From Escherichia coli (GTDB taxonomy: Bacteria > Pseudomonadota > Gammaproteobacteria > Enterobacterales > Enterobacteriaceae), in NCBI RefSeq assembly GCF_016903815.1, contig NZ_CP069973.1: 64,000 nt of DNA; one strand, given 5' to 3'. The position numbers and the translations under genes were made by a program. Under the pieces are notes generated by a model. It saw nothing but the letters and a program-made list of their open reading frames with translations. It did not search any database and was not told the DNA's origin. Below are positions 44,514 to 53,781 of this stretch, piece by piece. Each line of letters opens with the position of its first letter. Position 1 is the first letter of the stretch.

Positions 44514-45422
44514 ATGGCAACCGTTGACCTGAGTCAGTTACCCGTTCCCGATGTGGTTGAGGAACTGGACTATGAAACCATCCTTGCGGAACGCAAAGCG
44601 ACGCTGATATCGCTCTATCCAGAAGACCAGCAGGAGGCCATTGCCCGGACGCTCACACTTGAGTCAGAGCCGGTTGTTAAGCTGCTGCAGGAAAACGCCT
44701 ACCGTGAAGTTATCTGGCGTCAGCGGGTGAACGAAGCCGCACAGGCGGTGACGCTGGCCTACTCCGCCGGTAACGACCTCGACGTCGTAGCCGGGAACAA
44801 TAATACCGAACGCCTGACCATCACCCCGGCGGATGATACCACCATCCCGCCGACACCTGCCGTTATGGAATCTGATACCGACCTGCGACTGCGCACGCAA
44901 CAGGCGTTTGAGGGATTGAGCGTGGCGGGTCCGGTCGGTGCATATGAGTATCACGGCCGCAGCGCCGACGGGCGGGTCGCTGACGTTTCGGTCGCCAGCC
45001 CGTCGCCAGCCTGCGTGACGATTACCGTGCTATCGCGTGAGGGGGACGGCACTGCCAGCCCTGAGCTACTGGCGATTGTTGATAAAGCGCTGAACGCCGA
45101 AGATGTGCGCCCGGTAGCTGACCGGGTGACCGTCCAGTCAGCCGAGATTGTGCCGTACCAGATTGACGCGACGATCTATGTTTACCCCGGCCCCGAATCT
45201 GAACCCATCAGGCAGGCGTCAGAGCAGAAGCTGCAGAGCTACATCAGCGCGCAGCACCGCCTCGGGCGTGATATCCGTCTGTCAGCCATTTATGCGGCGC
45301 TGCATGTTGAGGGGGTGCAGCGTGTCGAGCTGACATCACCGCAGGCCGACATAGTGCTGAGTAAGTCGCAGGCGTCGAACTGTACCGAGTACCAGATAAC
45401 TATCGGGGGCTCAGATGAATGA
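44514..45422 (+). CDS. J: Baseplate protein J
   Basis: The product is 302 aa, the same length as gpJ. Confidence 0.9.
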   Translation: MATVDLSQLPVPDVVEELDYETILAERKATLISLYPEDQQEAIARTLTLESEPVVKLLQENAYREVIWRQRVNEAAQAVTLAYSAGNDLDVVAGNNNTERLTITPADDTTIPPTPAVMESDTDLRLRTQQAFEGLSVAGPVGAYEYHGRSADGRVADVSVASPSPACVTITVLSREGDGTASPELLAIVDKALNAEDVRPVADRVTVQSAEIVPYQIDATIYVYPGPESEPIRQASEQKLQSYISAQHRLGRDIRLSAIYAALHVEGVQRVELTSPQADIVLSKSQASNCTEYQITIGGSDE

Positions 45423-46023
45423 CCGGCTATTACCCGTTGGCTCGTCGCCGCTGGAGGTCGCCGCCGCCGCTGCGTTCTCTGAGATTCAGCGCGTGCCGGT
45501 ACCGCTGCGCACCCTGTGGAACTGGCGCACCTGCCCGGTAAAGCTGCTGCCGTATCTGGCGTGGGCGCTGTCGGTCGACAGGTGGGATGAGAAATGGCCG
45601 GAGGCGACAAAGCGCAGCGTCTGCGCGTCCTCGTTTTTCGTCCATCAGCACAAAGGCACCATCAGCGCATTGCGTCGGGTCGTCGAGCCGCTCGGCTTTC
45701 TGATTGAGGTGCGCGAGTGGTGGCAACTCGACGAGGAGCCAGGCACATTCCGCCTCGTTGTTGGCGTCCTCGACAGCGGCATCACTGACGAAATGTATCA
45801 GGAGCTTGAGCGCCTGATTGAAGACGCCAAACCGGCAAGTCGCCACCTGACCGGGCTGGCTATCAGTCTGAGCTCGACCGGCGAACTGTATGTCGGCGCG
45901 GGATGCTATCACGGCGACGCGCTGACTGTTTACCCCTACACCCCCGAGGAGATTGTCGTCGGCGGTGAATATTACCCGGCCTCGGCCATCCATTTGATTG
46001 ATAATCTGAGAGTGAACGCATGA
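45415..46023 (+). CDS. I: Baseplate/tail-fibre attachment protein I
   Basis: LLPVGSSPLEVAAAAAFSEI...VDRWDEKWPEATKR parallels gpI. Confidence 0.88.
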   Translation: MNDRLLPVGSSPLEVAAAAAFSEIQRVPVPLRTLWNWRTCPVKLLPYLAWALSVDRWDEKWPEATKRSVCASSFFVHQHKGTISALRRVVEPLGFLIEVREWWQLDEEPGTFRLVVGVLDSGITDEMYQELERLIEDAKPASRHLTGLAISLSSTGELYVGAGCYHGDALTVYPYTPEEIVVGGEYYPASAIHLIDNLRVNA

Positions 46024-46994
46024 CCGCAAAATATTTTGCCATTCTGACCAATCAGGGCGCGGCGCGGCTGGCGAACGCGGCGGCACTCGGTACCAAACTC
46101 AACCTGACGCAGATGGCCGTCGGTGATGCGAATGGTACGTTGCCGACCCCTGACCCGGCGCAGACGAAGCTCATTAACCAGAAACGCATCGCGCCGCTGA
46201 ACCTGCTGACCGTTGACCCGGCCAATACCAGTCAGATTATCGCGGAACAGATTATTCCCGAGAATGAAGGTGGTTTCTGGATCCGCGAGATTGGTCTCTA
46301 TGACGATGATGGTATTCTGATTGCCGTGGCGAACTGTCCGGAGACCTACAAGCCACAACTGCAGGAGGGAAGCGGTCGCACGCAGACCATTCGCATGATT
46401 CTGATTGTGTCGAGCACATCGGCAATCACCCTGAAAATCGACCCGGCAGTCGTGCTGGCAACGCGCCAGTATGTCGACGACAAGATTATCGAGGTGAAAG
46501 GATATGCTGATGACCTGATGAAAAAACATGTTGAGGCCGCCAATCCACACAAGCAGTACCCGTTAATCGCTAATGCTCTGAAAGAAATGGTTGACGCGGG
46601 ACTGGCCGGCGACGTTCTTAAAAACCTTGGTTTGGGAGAAGCGGCAAAACGGAATGTAGGTAACGGGCAAAACCAAATTCCGGATATGGCGGCGTTTGCC
46701 AGTTCACTTTCATCAACGGGTTTTCAAAAACTCCCTTCAGGTCTGATTATTCAGTGGGGTATTGTCAGTGGAGCATCAAACTATACGGTGACTTACCCGG
46801 TAACATTCCCAAATCGTTCACTTGCGCTGTTGGCTGTGCCACATACAACGTCGGTGGCTGGTATATCTGCAATGGGCATAGCGAACTGTTCTGATATCAG
46901 CAAATCACAGTTCTATATAATTGTTGGCGGTATATCTCAGGGAGAAATTGTCAAATATGAAAGGTCCTGTTTTTGGGTAGCAATCGGTGTATAG
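46020..46994 (+). CDS. H: Tail fibre protein H (constant part 46020-46640 fused to the currently expressed variable C-terminal cassette)
   Basis: The N-terminus parallels P2 H and Mu S (MAVGD...GGFWIREIGLYDDDGILIAVAN...). The recombination site lies inside the gene at 46615-46640. Confidence 0.88.
   Translation: MTAKYFAILTNQGAARLANAAALGTKLNLTQMAVGDANGTLPTPDPAQTKLINQKRIAPLNLLTVDPANTSQIIAEQIIPENEGGFWIREIGLYDDDGILIAVANCPETYKPQLQEGSGRTQTIRMILIVSSTSAITLKIDPAVVLATRQYVDDKIIEVKGYADDLMKKHVEAANPHKQYPLIANALKEMVDAGLAGDVLKNLGLGEAAKRNVGNGQNQIPDMAAFASSLSSTGFQKLPSGLIIQWGIVSGASNYTVTYPVTFPNRSLALLAVPHTTSVAGISAMGIANCSDISKSQFYIIVGGISQGEIVKYERSCFWVAIGV
46615..46640 (+). repeat. Left crossover site (gix/hix-like)
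   Basis: TTCTTAAAAACCTTGGTTTGGGAGAA is present. Its right half and about 50 following nt are repeated in inverted orientation at 48100-48170. Confidence 0.75.
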
Positions 46995-47002
46995 GTATAT
47001 CT

Positions 47003-47398
47003 ATGATTTATTTCTCAAAATCGACTAATGGTTTTTTCTTTGATGGTATAAACAGCGACATGCCTGCTGACATTGTTGAGATAAGTACAGACTTATACAA
47101 TGAATTAATTGCCGGACAGCAGGAAGGGGGGAAATTAATCACGTCAGATGAAAATGGTTTACCGGTACTGAAATCTCCGGCGATTGATTATGTCGCACGT
47201 GCGGAAAATCAGCGAATGCAGTTACTTGCTCATGCCGATAATGTCACAGCTGACTGGCGAGTGGAATTAATGCTTGGTGATATCAGCAGTACAGATAAAG
47301 AAAAACTATCCGCCTGGATGAACTACAAAAAAGAAGTAAAAGCCGTCGACACTTCGACGGCTCCTGAGATTAGCTGGCCTGAGTTACCGGAGGCGTAG
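47003..47398 (+). CDS. G: Tail fibre assembly chaperone G (active orientation)
   Basis: MIYFSKSTNGFFFDG... is typical of tail fibre assembly proteins. It follows H. Confidence 0.85.
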   Translation: MIYFSKSTNGFFFDGINSDMPADIVEISTDLYNELIAGQQEGGKLITSDENGLPVLKSPAIDYVARAENQRMQLLAHADNVTADWRVELMLGDISSTDKEKLSAWMNYKKEVKAVDTSTAPEISWPELPEA

Positions 47399-47813
47399 GC
47401 CATTCAATATCTGGCGCACTGGAAGTATTGACCTGTTCCAGTGCGTCCAGGTAATCCAGCCACAAATTATATTGCGCCAGTTCGTCACCGTTCAGACGAC
47501 CAATAGCTGCTTTACCGGGCCATTGCTTACTGTTCATGTAGTCGTTTGCCTGGTTGATTTTTTTCTGCTTTTCGGCGTTCGCAGCTTCCACTTCTTCATC
47601 GTGACTTAACGGTGGTAAATCCACCCATACAGGCTGCCCATTTTCATCAGCGCCGCGGGTTTGCCCTTCTGGTGGCATTCCTGAATATGTGAGAAAAACG
47701 TCATCAGAAACACCTACTAAGTCATCTGGCCAGGTGTTGGCTGCTATGTACAGCGACTTCATTTCTTCAGGGTAAAAACCTAGAGTTGATGGAGAAAAAT
47801 AATAAAGAGTCAT
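47370..47813 (-). CDS. Alternative tail fibre assembly chaperone (inverted cassette)
   Basis: MTLYYFSPSTLGFYPEE... is present, in the same family as G but on the opposite strand inside the invertible segment. Confidence 0.8.
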   Translation of the reverse strand: MTLYYFSPSTLGFYPEEMKSLYIAANTWPDDLVGVSDDVFLTYSGMPPEGQTRGADENGQPVWVDLPPLSHDEEVEAANAEKQKKINQANDYMNSKQWPGKAAIGRLNGDELAQYNLWLDYLDALEQVNTSSAPDIEWPTPPVTQAS

Positions 47814-47814
47814 A

Positions 47815-48165
47815 TCAGCTTCCTATTGCGAACCAGCGAAAGACATAAACCCCAGATGTTGCATCACAGCGCATCAGGAAATTTGTTTTTGTAAAACTTC
47901 CTGCCGCTCCCGCAATAACCTTTCCACCACCATTGTCGTAAGAGACTACAACCTGATGGCAAATGTTCGGAAAAGAAACCGAGAAGTTAATTGCATTTCC
48001 CGTATTACCTGTCGCACCCACTCCGGCTGTTGCTGATCCCCATTGAATGATTAAGCCGCTAGGTAGTTTTTGATATCCAGCAGCACCCGTTACAGACAAA
48101 AATGAATTTATATCTGGAATCTGGTTTTCCCCTGTTCCGACATCCCGTTTCGCTGCTTCTCCCAA
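47815..48165 (-). CDS. Alternative tail fibre C-terminal cassette (silent; needs inversion to fuse to H constant part)
   Basis: GEAAKRDVGTGENQIPDI parallels GEAAKRNVGNGQNQIPDM of H after the crossover site. It has no independent translation start context. Confidence 0.75.
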   Translation of the reverse strand: MGEAAKRDVGTGENQIPDINSFLSVTGAAGYQKLPSGLIIQWGSATAGVGATGNTGNAINFSVSFPNICHQVVVSYDNGGGKVIAGAAGSFTKTNFLMRCDATSGVYVFRWFAIGS

Positions 48166-48182
48166 ACCAACCTTTTAGAAAA
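48157..48182 (-). repeat. Right crossover site (inverted)
   Basis: The reverse complement TTTTCTAAAAGGTTGGTTTGGGAGAA shares 14 contiguous nt plus AAAA with the left site. Confidence 0.75.
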
Positions 48183-48236
48183 TGCAGATATTCCGTTCAG
48201 CTGGCATGTTTCCGACTTTTTACCGGGTTATTTCTC

Positions 48237-48483
48237 ATGTTTATCGGTTATGTACGTGTATCAACAAATGACCAGAACACCGCATTACAGCGAAATGAAC
48301 TGGAGTGCGCAGGATGTGAGCTGATTTTCGAAGATAAAATCAGCGGCAAAACATCAATCAGACTGGCCGGGGCTAAAGAGGTTACTCAGAACCTTGTCAG
48401 AGGGCGATACGCTTGTGGTCTGGAAACTGGATCGCCTCGGGTATCTCAACGCTATACAAACAATTTCCCGCATCCGTTGCTGA
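48237..48483 (+). pseudogene. Serine DNA invertase (Pin/Gin/Hin family), frameshifted and 3'-truncated
   Basis: MFIGYVRVSTNDQNTALQRNELECAGCELIFEDKISGKTS is an invertase N-terminus with the catalytic Ser. The homologous continuation PGLKRLLRTLSEGDTLVVWKLDRLG is in the +1 frame. The reading then diverges and stops at 48481-48483, and the rest of the gene is absent. Confidence 0.8.
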
Positions 48484-48581
48484 TGTCTCAATGTGTCAGA
48501 CATCGCCCAACACTGACAAATAGCCCCTCAACAGACCAGCCAGGACAATAACACTTGCCCACTAACCACGGAGTTAACCGG

Positions 48582-49760
48582 ATGAGTGATTTTCACCACG
48601 GCGTGCAGGTGCTTGAGATTAACGACGGCACCCGCGTCATTTCCACTGTTGCAACCGCAATTGTCGGCATGGTCTGCACGGCCAGCGATGCGGATGCCGA
48701 GACATTCCCCCTCAACGAACCGGTATTGATTACCAATGTGCAGAGCGCCATTGCAAAAGCCGGTAAAAAAGGCACGTTGTCTGCCTCCCTGCAGGCTATC
48801 GCCGACCAGTCAAAACCCGTCACAGTTGTCGTGCGTGTTGCCGAAGGTACCGGAGAAGACGCCGAAGCGCAGACCATTTCCAATATCATCGGCGGCACGG
48901 ATGAGAACGGTAAATATACCGGCATCAAGGCGCTGTTGACTGCCGAAGCAGTCACCGGCGTTAAGCCGCGCATTCTCGGCGTGCCGGGTCTCGATACCAA
49001 AGAGGTCGCAGTCGCACTTGCTTCGGTCTGTATCAGCCTGCGCGCGTTTGGTTATGTCAGCGCATGGGGTTGTAAAACCATTTCCGAGGCGATGGCCTAT
49101 CGCGAGAATTTCAGCCAGCGCGAGCTGATGGTCATCTGGCCTGATTTCCTTGCATGGGATACCACCACAAACGCCACCGCACCGGCATACGCAACTGCGC
49201 GCGCACTCGGCCTGCGTGCCTATATCGACCAGACCGTCGGCTGGCACAAAACCCTGTCTAACGTCGGCGTGCAGGGTGTTACCGGCATCAGTGCGTCAGT
49301 GTTTTGGGATTTGCAGGCATCCGGCACCGATGCTGATCTGCTCAACGAGGCCGGGGTCACGACACTGGTGCGTAAGGATGGCTTCCGCTTTTGGGGTAAC
49401 CGCACCTGCTCTGATGACCCGCTTTTCCTGTTTGAGAACTACACCCGCACCGCGCAGGTGCTGGCCGACACGATGGCCGAGGCGCACATGTGGGCGGTCG
49501 ATAAGCCCATCACCGCATCACTTATCCGTGACATTGTCGACGGCATTAACGCCAAATTCCGCGAGCTGAAATCAAACGGCTACATCGTGGACGGTGAATG
49601 CTGGTTCGACGAGGAATCGAACGATAAGGAAACCCTCAAGGCCGGGAAACTGTATATCGACTACGACTATACACCGGTTCCACCACTGGAAAGCCTAACC
49701 CTGCGCCAGCGTATCACCGATAAATATCTGGTGGATCTGGCCGAATCGGTCAACAGCTAA
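48582..49760 (+). CDS. FI: Tail sheath protein FI
   Basis: The start is at MSDFHHGVQVLEINDGTRVI, giving 392 aa in the gpFI family. Confidence 0.92.
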   Translation: MSDFHHGVQVLEINDGTRVISTVATAIVGMVCTASDADAETFPLNEPVLITNVQSAIAKAGKKGTLSASLQAIADQSKPVTVVVRVAEGTGEDAEAQTISNIIGGTDENGKYTGIKALLTAEAVTGVKPRILGVPGLDTKEVAVALASVCISLRAFGYVSAWGCKTISEAMAYRENFSQRELMVIWPDFLAWDTTTNATAPAYATARALGLRAYIDQTVGWHKTLSNVGVQGVTGISASVFWDLQASGTDADLLNEAGVTTLVRKDGFRFWGNRTCSDDPLFLFENYTRTAQVLADTMAEAHMWAVDKPITASLIRDIVDGINAKFRELKSNGYIVDGECWFDEESNDKETLKAGKLYIDYDYTPVPPLESLTLRQRITDKYLVDLAESVNS

Positions 49761-49775
49761 GGAGCCTGAAACAAC

Positions 49776-50294
49776 ATGGCACTACCCCGCAAACTTAAAT
49801 ATCTGAACATGTTCAATGACGGCCTTAGCTACATGGGCGTTGTGGAATCCGTGACGCTGCCGAAGCTGACCCGCAAGCTCGAAAACTATCGCGGCGGCGG
49901 CATGAATGGCGCGGCGGCGATTGACCTTGGTCTCGACGATGATGCGCTCACCGTCGAATGGTCTGTCGGTGGCCTGCCTGATGTGGCGCTGTGGGCGCAG
50001 TACGCCGCGCCGGGTGCTGACGCTGTGCCGTTGCGTTTTGCTGGCTCTTACCAACGTGACGACACTGGCGAAATCGTGGCGGTCGAGGTGGTCATGCGTG
50101 GCCGTCATAAAGAAATCGACGGCGGCGAGAATAAGCAGGGTGAAAACACCTCGACCAAACTGTCGACCGTATGCACCTATTACCGCCTCACGATTGATGG
50201 TAGCGACGTCATCGAAATCGACACCGTCAACATGGTTGAGAAGGTGAACGGCGTCGACCGTCTGGAACAGCACCGCCGCGCAATCGGGCTGTAA
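49776..50294 (+). CDS. FII: Tail tube protein FII
   Basis: The product is 172 aa, the same length as gpFII. Confidence 0.92.
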   Translation: MALPRKLKYLNMFNDGLSYMGVVESVTLPKLTRKLENYRGGGMNGAAAIDLGLDDDALTVEWSVGGLPDVALWAQYAAPGADAVPLRFAGSYQRDDTGEIVAVEVVMRGRHKEIDGGENKQGENTSTKLSTVCTYYRLTIDGSDVIEIDTVNMVEKVNGVDRLEQHRRAIGL

Positions 50295-50357
50295 TTCCCT
50301 GACCGGTCAGCACTGCTGGCCGGTTATTAATCCCCATTCAGAGCAGAGAAAAACATC

Positions 50358-50693
50358 ATGGCAAAAGCACCACGTAAAACCGCTGAATTTGTTGATATGG
50401 CTGGCAATGAAATTGACACCGTAAACCCGAACGTCGTGACCCTCGACAAGCCGATTAAGCGCGCCGGTCAGACGATTGATAAAGTCACACTGATTGAGCC
50501 GAACGCCGGTACCCTGCGCGGTGTCAGTCTGGCAGCGGTGGCGCAGTCCGAAGTCGATGCGCTGATTAAGGTATTGCCACGCATGACCTACCCCGCGCTT
50601 ACGGCGCAGGAGCTTACCGCAATGAACCTGCCCGATATGCTGTCGTTGGCCGCTAAGGTGATTGGTTTTTTGTCACCGGCTTCGGCGGAGTAG
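50358..50693 (+). CDS. E: Tail assembly chaperone E
   Basis: The 111-aa product precedes the tape measure gene and contains the slippery site near its 3' end. Confidence 0.85.
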   Translation: MAKAPRKTAEFVDMAGNEIDTVNPNVVTLDKPIKRAGQTIDKVTLIEPNAGTLRGVSLAAVAQSEVDALIKVLPRMTYPALTAQELTAMNLPDMLSLAAKVIGFLSPASAE

Positions 50694-50845
50694 ATTTCCC
50701 GCCCGACCTGTCGACCGATGACCTGATGGCGGATATCGCGGTGATATTCCACTGGCCGCTATCAGATCTCTATTCCCTGAGCCTGACCGAGCTCATCACA
50801 TGGCGCGAAAAGGCGCTGCAGCGTAGCGGACACCACAATGAGTAA
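50358..50845 (+). CDS. Tail assembly chaperone E+E' (-1 frameshift product)
   Basis: The -1 frame is open from the slippery site to TAA 50843-50845 (..DFPPDLSTDDLMADIAVIFHWPLSDLYSLSLTELITWREKALQRSGHHNE). Confidence 0.75.
50666..50672 (+). promoter_or_regulatory. Programmed -1 frameshift heptamer TTTTTTG (E to E')
   Basis: The sequence is GG TTT TTT G. P2 uses the same heptamer for E+E'. Confidence 0.75.
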
Positions 50846-53282
50846 TAACCTGAGACTTGAGGTTTTGCTGAAAGCGGTCGACCAGGCGACCCGACCGCTT
50901 AAATCCATCCAGACCGCGAGTAAAACCCTGTCGGGCGATATTCGCGACACACAAAAAGGGCTGCGTGACCTGAACGGGCAGGCCGCGAAAATCGACGGCT
51001 TTCGCAAAACCAGCGCTCAACTGGCCGTAACCGGCCAGTCGCTGGAGAAGGCAAAGCGCGAGGCTGAAGCGCTTGCCACGCAATTCAAAAATACTGAGCG
51101 CCCGACGCGAGCGCAGGCACAGGTGCTCGAATCCGCAAAACGTGCCGCCGAGGGGCTGCAGGTTAAATACAACAGCCTCACCGAGTCGGTTAAACGCCAG
51201 CAACGCGAGCTGGGTGCCGCCGGTATCAATACCCGCAATCTGGCAAACGATGAGCGGGGGCTTAAAACACGTATCAGCGAGACGACGGCGCAGCTCAACC
51301 GGCAGCGTGAAGCATTGGCGAAGGTCAGCGCACAGCAGGCGCACCTAAACCGAGTGAAAGAGCGATATAAATCGGGTAAGGAGCTTGCCGGTAACATGGC
51401 CGCTGCAGGTGCTGCCGGGGTCGGTATTGCGACAGCGGGAACGATGGCCGGGGTTAAATTGCTGATGCCCGGTTATGACTTTGCGCAAAAAAACTCCGAG
51501 CTGCAGGCTGTGCTCGGGGTCGATAAGCAGTCGCCAGAAATGCAGGCGTTACGCAAACAGGCGCGCCAGCTCGGTGACAATACAGCCGCTTCTGCTGATG
51601 ATGCAGCCAGTGCGCAGATTATCATTGCAAAAGGTGGTGGTGATGCGGCGGCTATAGCGGCCATGACACCTGTGACTCTCAACCTGTCGCTTGCAAACAA
51701 AAAAACAATGGAGGAAAACGCGCAACTGTTGATGGGGACAAAAGCCGCCTTTCAACTTTCTAATGACGCGGCTGCGCATATCGGTGATGTTCTTTCAACC
51801 ACGATGAACAAAACCACCGCTGATTTTCAGGGACTAAGTGACTCATTAAGTTACCTTGCCCCTGTTGCGAAAAATGCTGGGGTGAGTCTTGAACAGGCGG
51901 CGGCGATTACCGGCACACTTCATGATAATAACATCAGGGGGTCAATGGCTGGGACTGGCGGCGCTGCTGTTATAACGAGACTACAGGCACCCACAGGCAA
52001 AGCATACGATGCTCTCAAAGAGCTGGGAGTTAAAACCTCAGACAGCAAAGGCAATACGCGCCCGCTATTTACCATCCTGAAAGAAATGCAGGCCAGTTTT
52101 AAGCGCAACAATCTTGGTACCTCACAAAAGGCCGAGTACGTGAAAACGATATTCGGCGAGGAGGCTATGAAGTCTGCAAGTGTCCTTATGGCGGCAGCGG
52201 CAAGCGGAAAACTCGATAAGCTAACTGCCACGATAAAGGATTCAGACGGTAAAACAGAGGAGCTGGTCAAGGTTATGCAGGATAACCTCGGCGGCGACTT
52301 CAAGGAGTTCCAGTCAGCATATGAGGCGGTCGGCACTGACCTCTATGACCAGCAAGATAGCTCATTGCGTCAGCTAACTCAGACAGCAACACGGTATGTG
52401 CTAAAGCTTGATGACTGGATCAAAGACAACAAGGAGTTAGCGGAAACTATCGGCATCATCGCCGGTGGTGCGCTGGCGCTGATTGGTATCATCGGCGGCA
52501 TTGGTCTCGTTGCGTGGCCGGTTGTCATGGGGATTAATGCAATTATCGCCGCTGCTGGCGTGCTGGGTACGGTCTTTACTGTCGTCGGTAGTGCCATTGC
52601 GACAGCGCTCGGTGCGATTACCTGGCCGATAGTGGCCGTCGGTGCGGCGATTGTGGCGGGGGCGCTACTCATCCGTAAATATTGGGAGCCCATCAGCGCA
52701 TTTTTCTCGGGAGTGATTGAAGGCATCATGAGTGCCTTTGCCCCAGTCGGGGAAATGTTAGCTCCACTGGCTCCCATTTTTGATGGTCTCGGCGAGAAAC
52801 TGCGCGGCGTCTGGCAGTGGTTTAAAGACCTGATAGCACCGGTTAAGGCCACACAGGAAACGCTTGATAGCTGCAAAAATGTCGGCGTCATATTTGGTCA
52901 GGCACTGGCCTCTGCCTTGATGGCTCCGCTCAATGTTTTTAACAAGCTGCGCAGCGGTGTCGACTGGCTTCTCGAAAAGCTCGGCATCATCAACAAAGAG
53001 TCGGACAGCCTCGACCAGACCGCCGCCAAAACCAATGCCGCCACACAGGGTAATTCCTACATCCCGGCAACCAGCACATATGGCGGCTATCAGGCTTATC
53101 AGCCAGTTACCGCACCGGCGGGGCGCTCTTACATTGACCAGAGCAAAAGCGAATACAACATCAATCTGCCGGGAGGTGTTGCGCCGGGGCATCAGCTTGA
53201 CAGACAACTACGCGACACGCTCGAACAGATTGAGCGCGATAAACGCGCCCGCCAGCGTGCCAACATGACCCACGACTATTGA
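50838..53282 (+). CDS. T: Tail tape measure protein T
   Basis: The product is 814 aa, with coiled-coil and hydrophobic central segments, in the gpT position. Confidence 0.92.
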   Translation: MSNNLRLEVLLKAVDQATRPLKSIQTASKTLSGDIRDTQKGLRDLNGQAAKIDGFRKTSAQLAVTGQSLEKAKREAEALATQFKNTERPTRAQAQVLESAKRAAEGLQVKYNSLTESVKRQQRELGAAGINTRNLANDERGLKTRISETTAQLNRQREALAKVSAQQAHLNRVKERYKSGKELAGNMAAAGAAGVGIATAGTMAGVKLLMPGYDFAQKNSELQAVLGVDKQSPEMQALRKQARQLGDNTAASADDAASAQIIIAKGGGDAAAIAAMTPVTLNLSLANKKTMEENAQLLMGTKAAFQLSNDAAAHIGDVLSTTMNKTTADFQGLSDSLSYLAPVAKNAGVSLEQAAAITGTLHDNNIRGSMAGTGGAAVITRLQAPTGKAYDALKELGVKTSDSKGNTRPLFTILKEMQASFKRNNLGTSQKAEYVKTIFGEEAMKSASVLMAAAASGKLDKLTATIKDSDGKTEELVKVMQDNLGGDFKEFQSAYEAVGTDLYDQQDSSLRQLTQTATRYVLKLDDWIKDNKELAETIGIIAGGALALIGIIGGIGLVAWPVVMGINAIIAAAGVLGTVFTVVGSAIATALGAITWPIVAVGAAIVAGALLIRKYWEPISAFFSGVIEGIMSAFAPVGEMLAPLAPIFDGLGEKLRGVWQWFKDLIAPVKATQETLDSCKNVGVIFGQALASALMAPLNVFNKLRSGVDWLLEKLGIINKESDSLDQTAAKTNAATQGNSYIPATSTYGGYQAYQPVTAPAGRSYIDQSKSEYNINLPGGVAPGHQLDRQLRDTLEQIERDKRARQRANMTHDY

Positions 53283-53295
53283 GGGGGATTAAACG

Positions 53296-53781
53296 ATGAT
53301 GCTTGCTCTCGGAATGTTTGTGTTTGAACTTCGCACCCTGCCTTACCAGTCGATGCAGCATTCGAAAGATTATCGCTGGGTGTCCAATGACCGGGTGGGT
53401 AAACCACCTGCCTATCAGTTTCTTGGCGAGGGGGAAACCTCTATACAGCTTGCTGGTACGCTATACCCCGCTATCACTGGCGGTTGGATCTCACTAAAGG
53501 CTGTAGAGGTGATGGCCAATGAAGGCAGAGCGTGGCCGTTGATAGAGGGAACCGGAAATATCCTCGGGATGTATATCGTCGATAAAGTATCGACTACACG
53601 CACCGAGTTTTTCAGTGATGGTGCGGCCAGAAAGATTGATTTCACGCTTTCGCTAAAACGGGTTGATGAATCGCTGACAGAGATGTTTGGTGACCTGAAT
53701 AAACAGGCCAGTGAGCTTCTCGGCTCTGCCGGTAATTTGACAGATAAACTGCAGGGTATGCCCGGAGGTTTCACTGCATGA
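53296..53781 (+). CDS. U: Tail protein U
   Basis: MMLALGMFVFELRTLPYQ parallels gpU. Confidence 0.9.
   Translation: MMLALGMFVFELRTLPYQSMQHSKDYRWVSNDRVGKPPAYQFLGEGETSIQLAGTLYPAITGGWISLKAVEVMANEGRAWPLIEGTGNILGMYIVDKVSTTRTEFFSDGAARKIDFTLSLKRVDESLTEMFGDLNKQASELLGSAGNLTDKLQGMPGGFTA

Larger units (their letters stand above)
46615..48182. other. Invertible tail-fibre host-range segment (Gin/Cin/Pin type)
   Basis: It is bounded by inverted 26-bp crossover-like sites. It contains G (+) plus the oppositely oriented G' and a start-less alternative H C-terminal cassette. Confidence 0.8.

Noticed and set aside
48102-48551. A 149-aa ORF in the track that might be taken as an intact gene between the fibre segment and FI.
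   Set aside because: It is a read-through composite. Its first 45 codons cross the right crossover site, the middle is the invertase N-terminus, and the rest is out-of-frame invertase sequence plus unrelated DNA. It is annotated instead as an invertase pseudogene.
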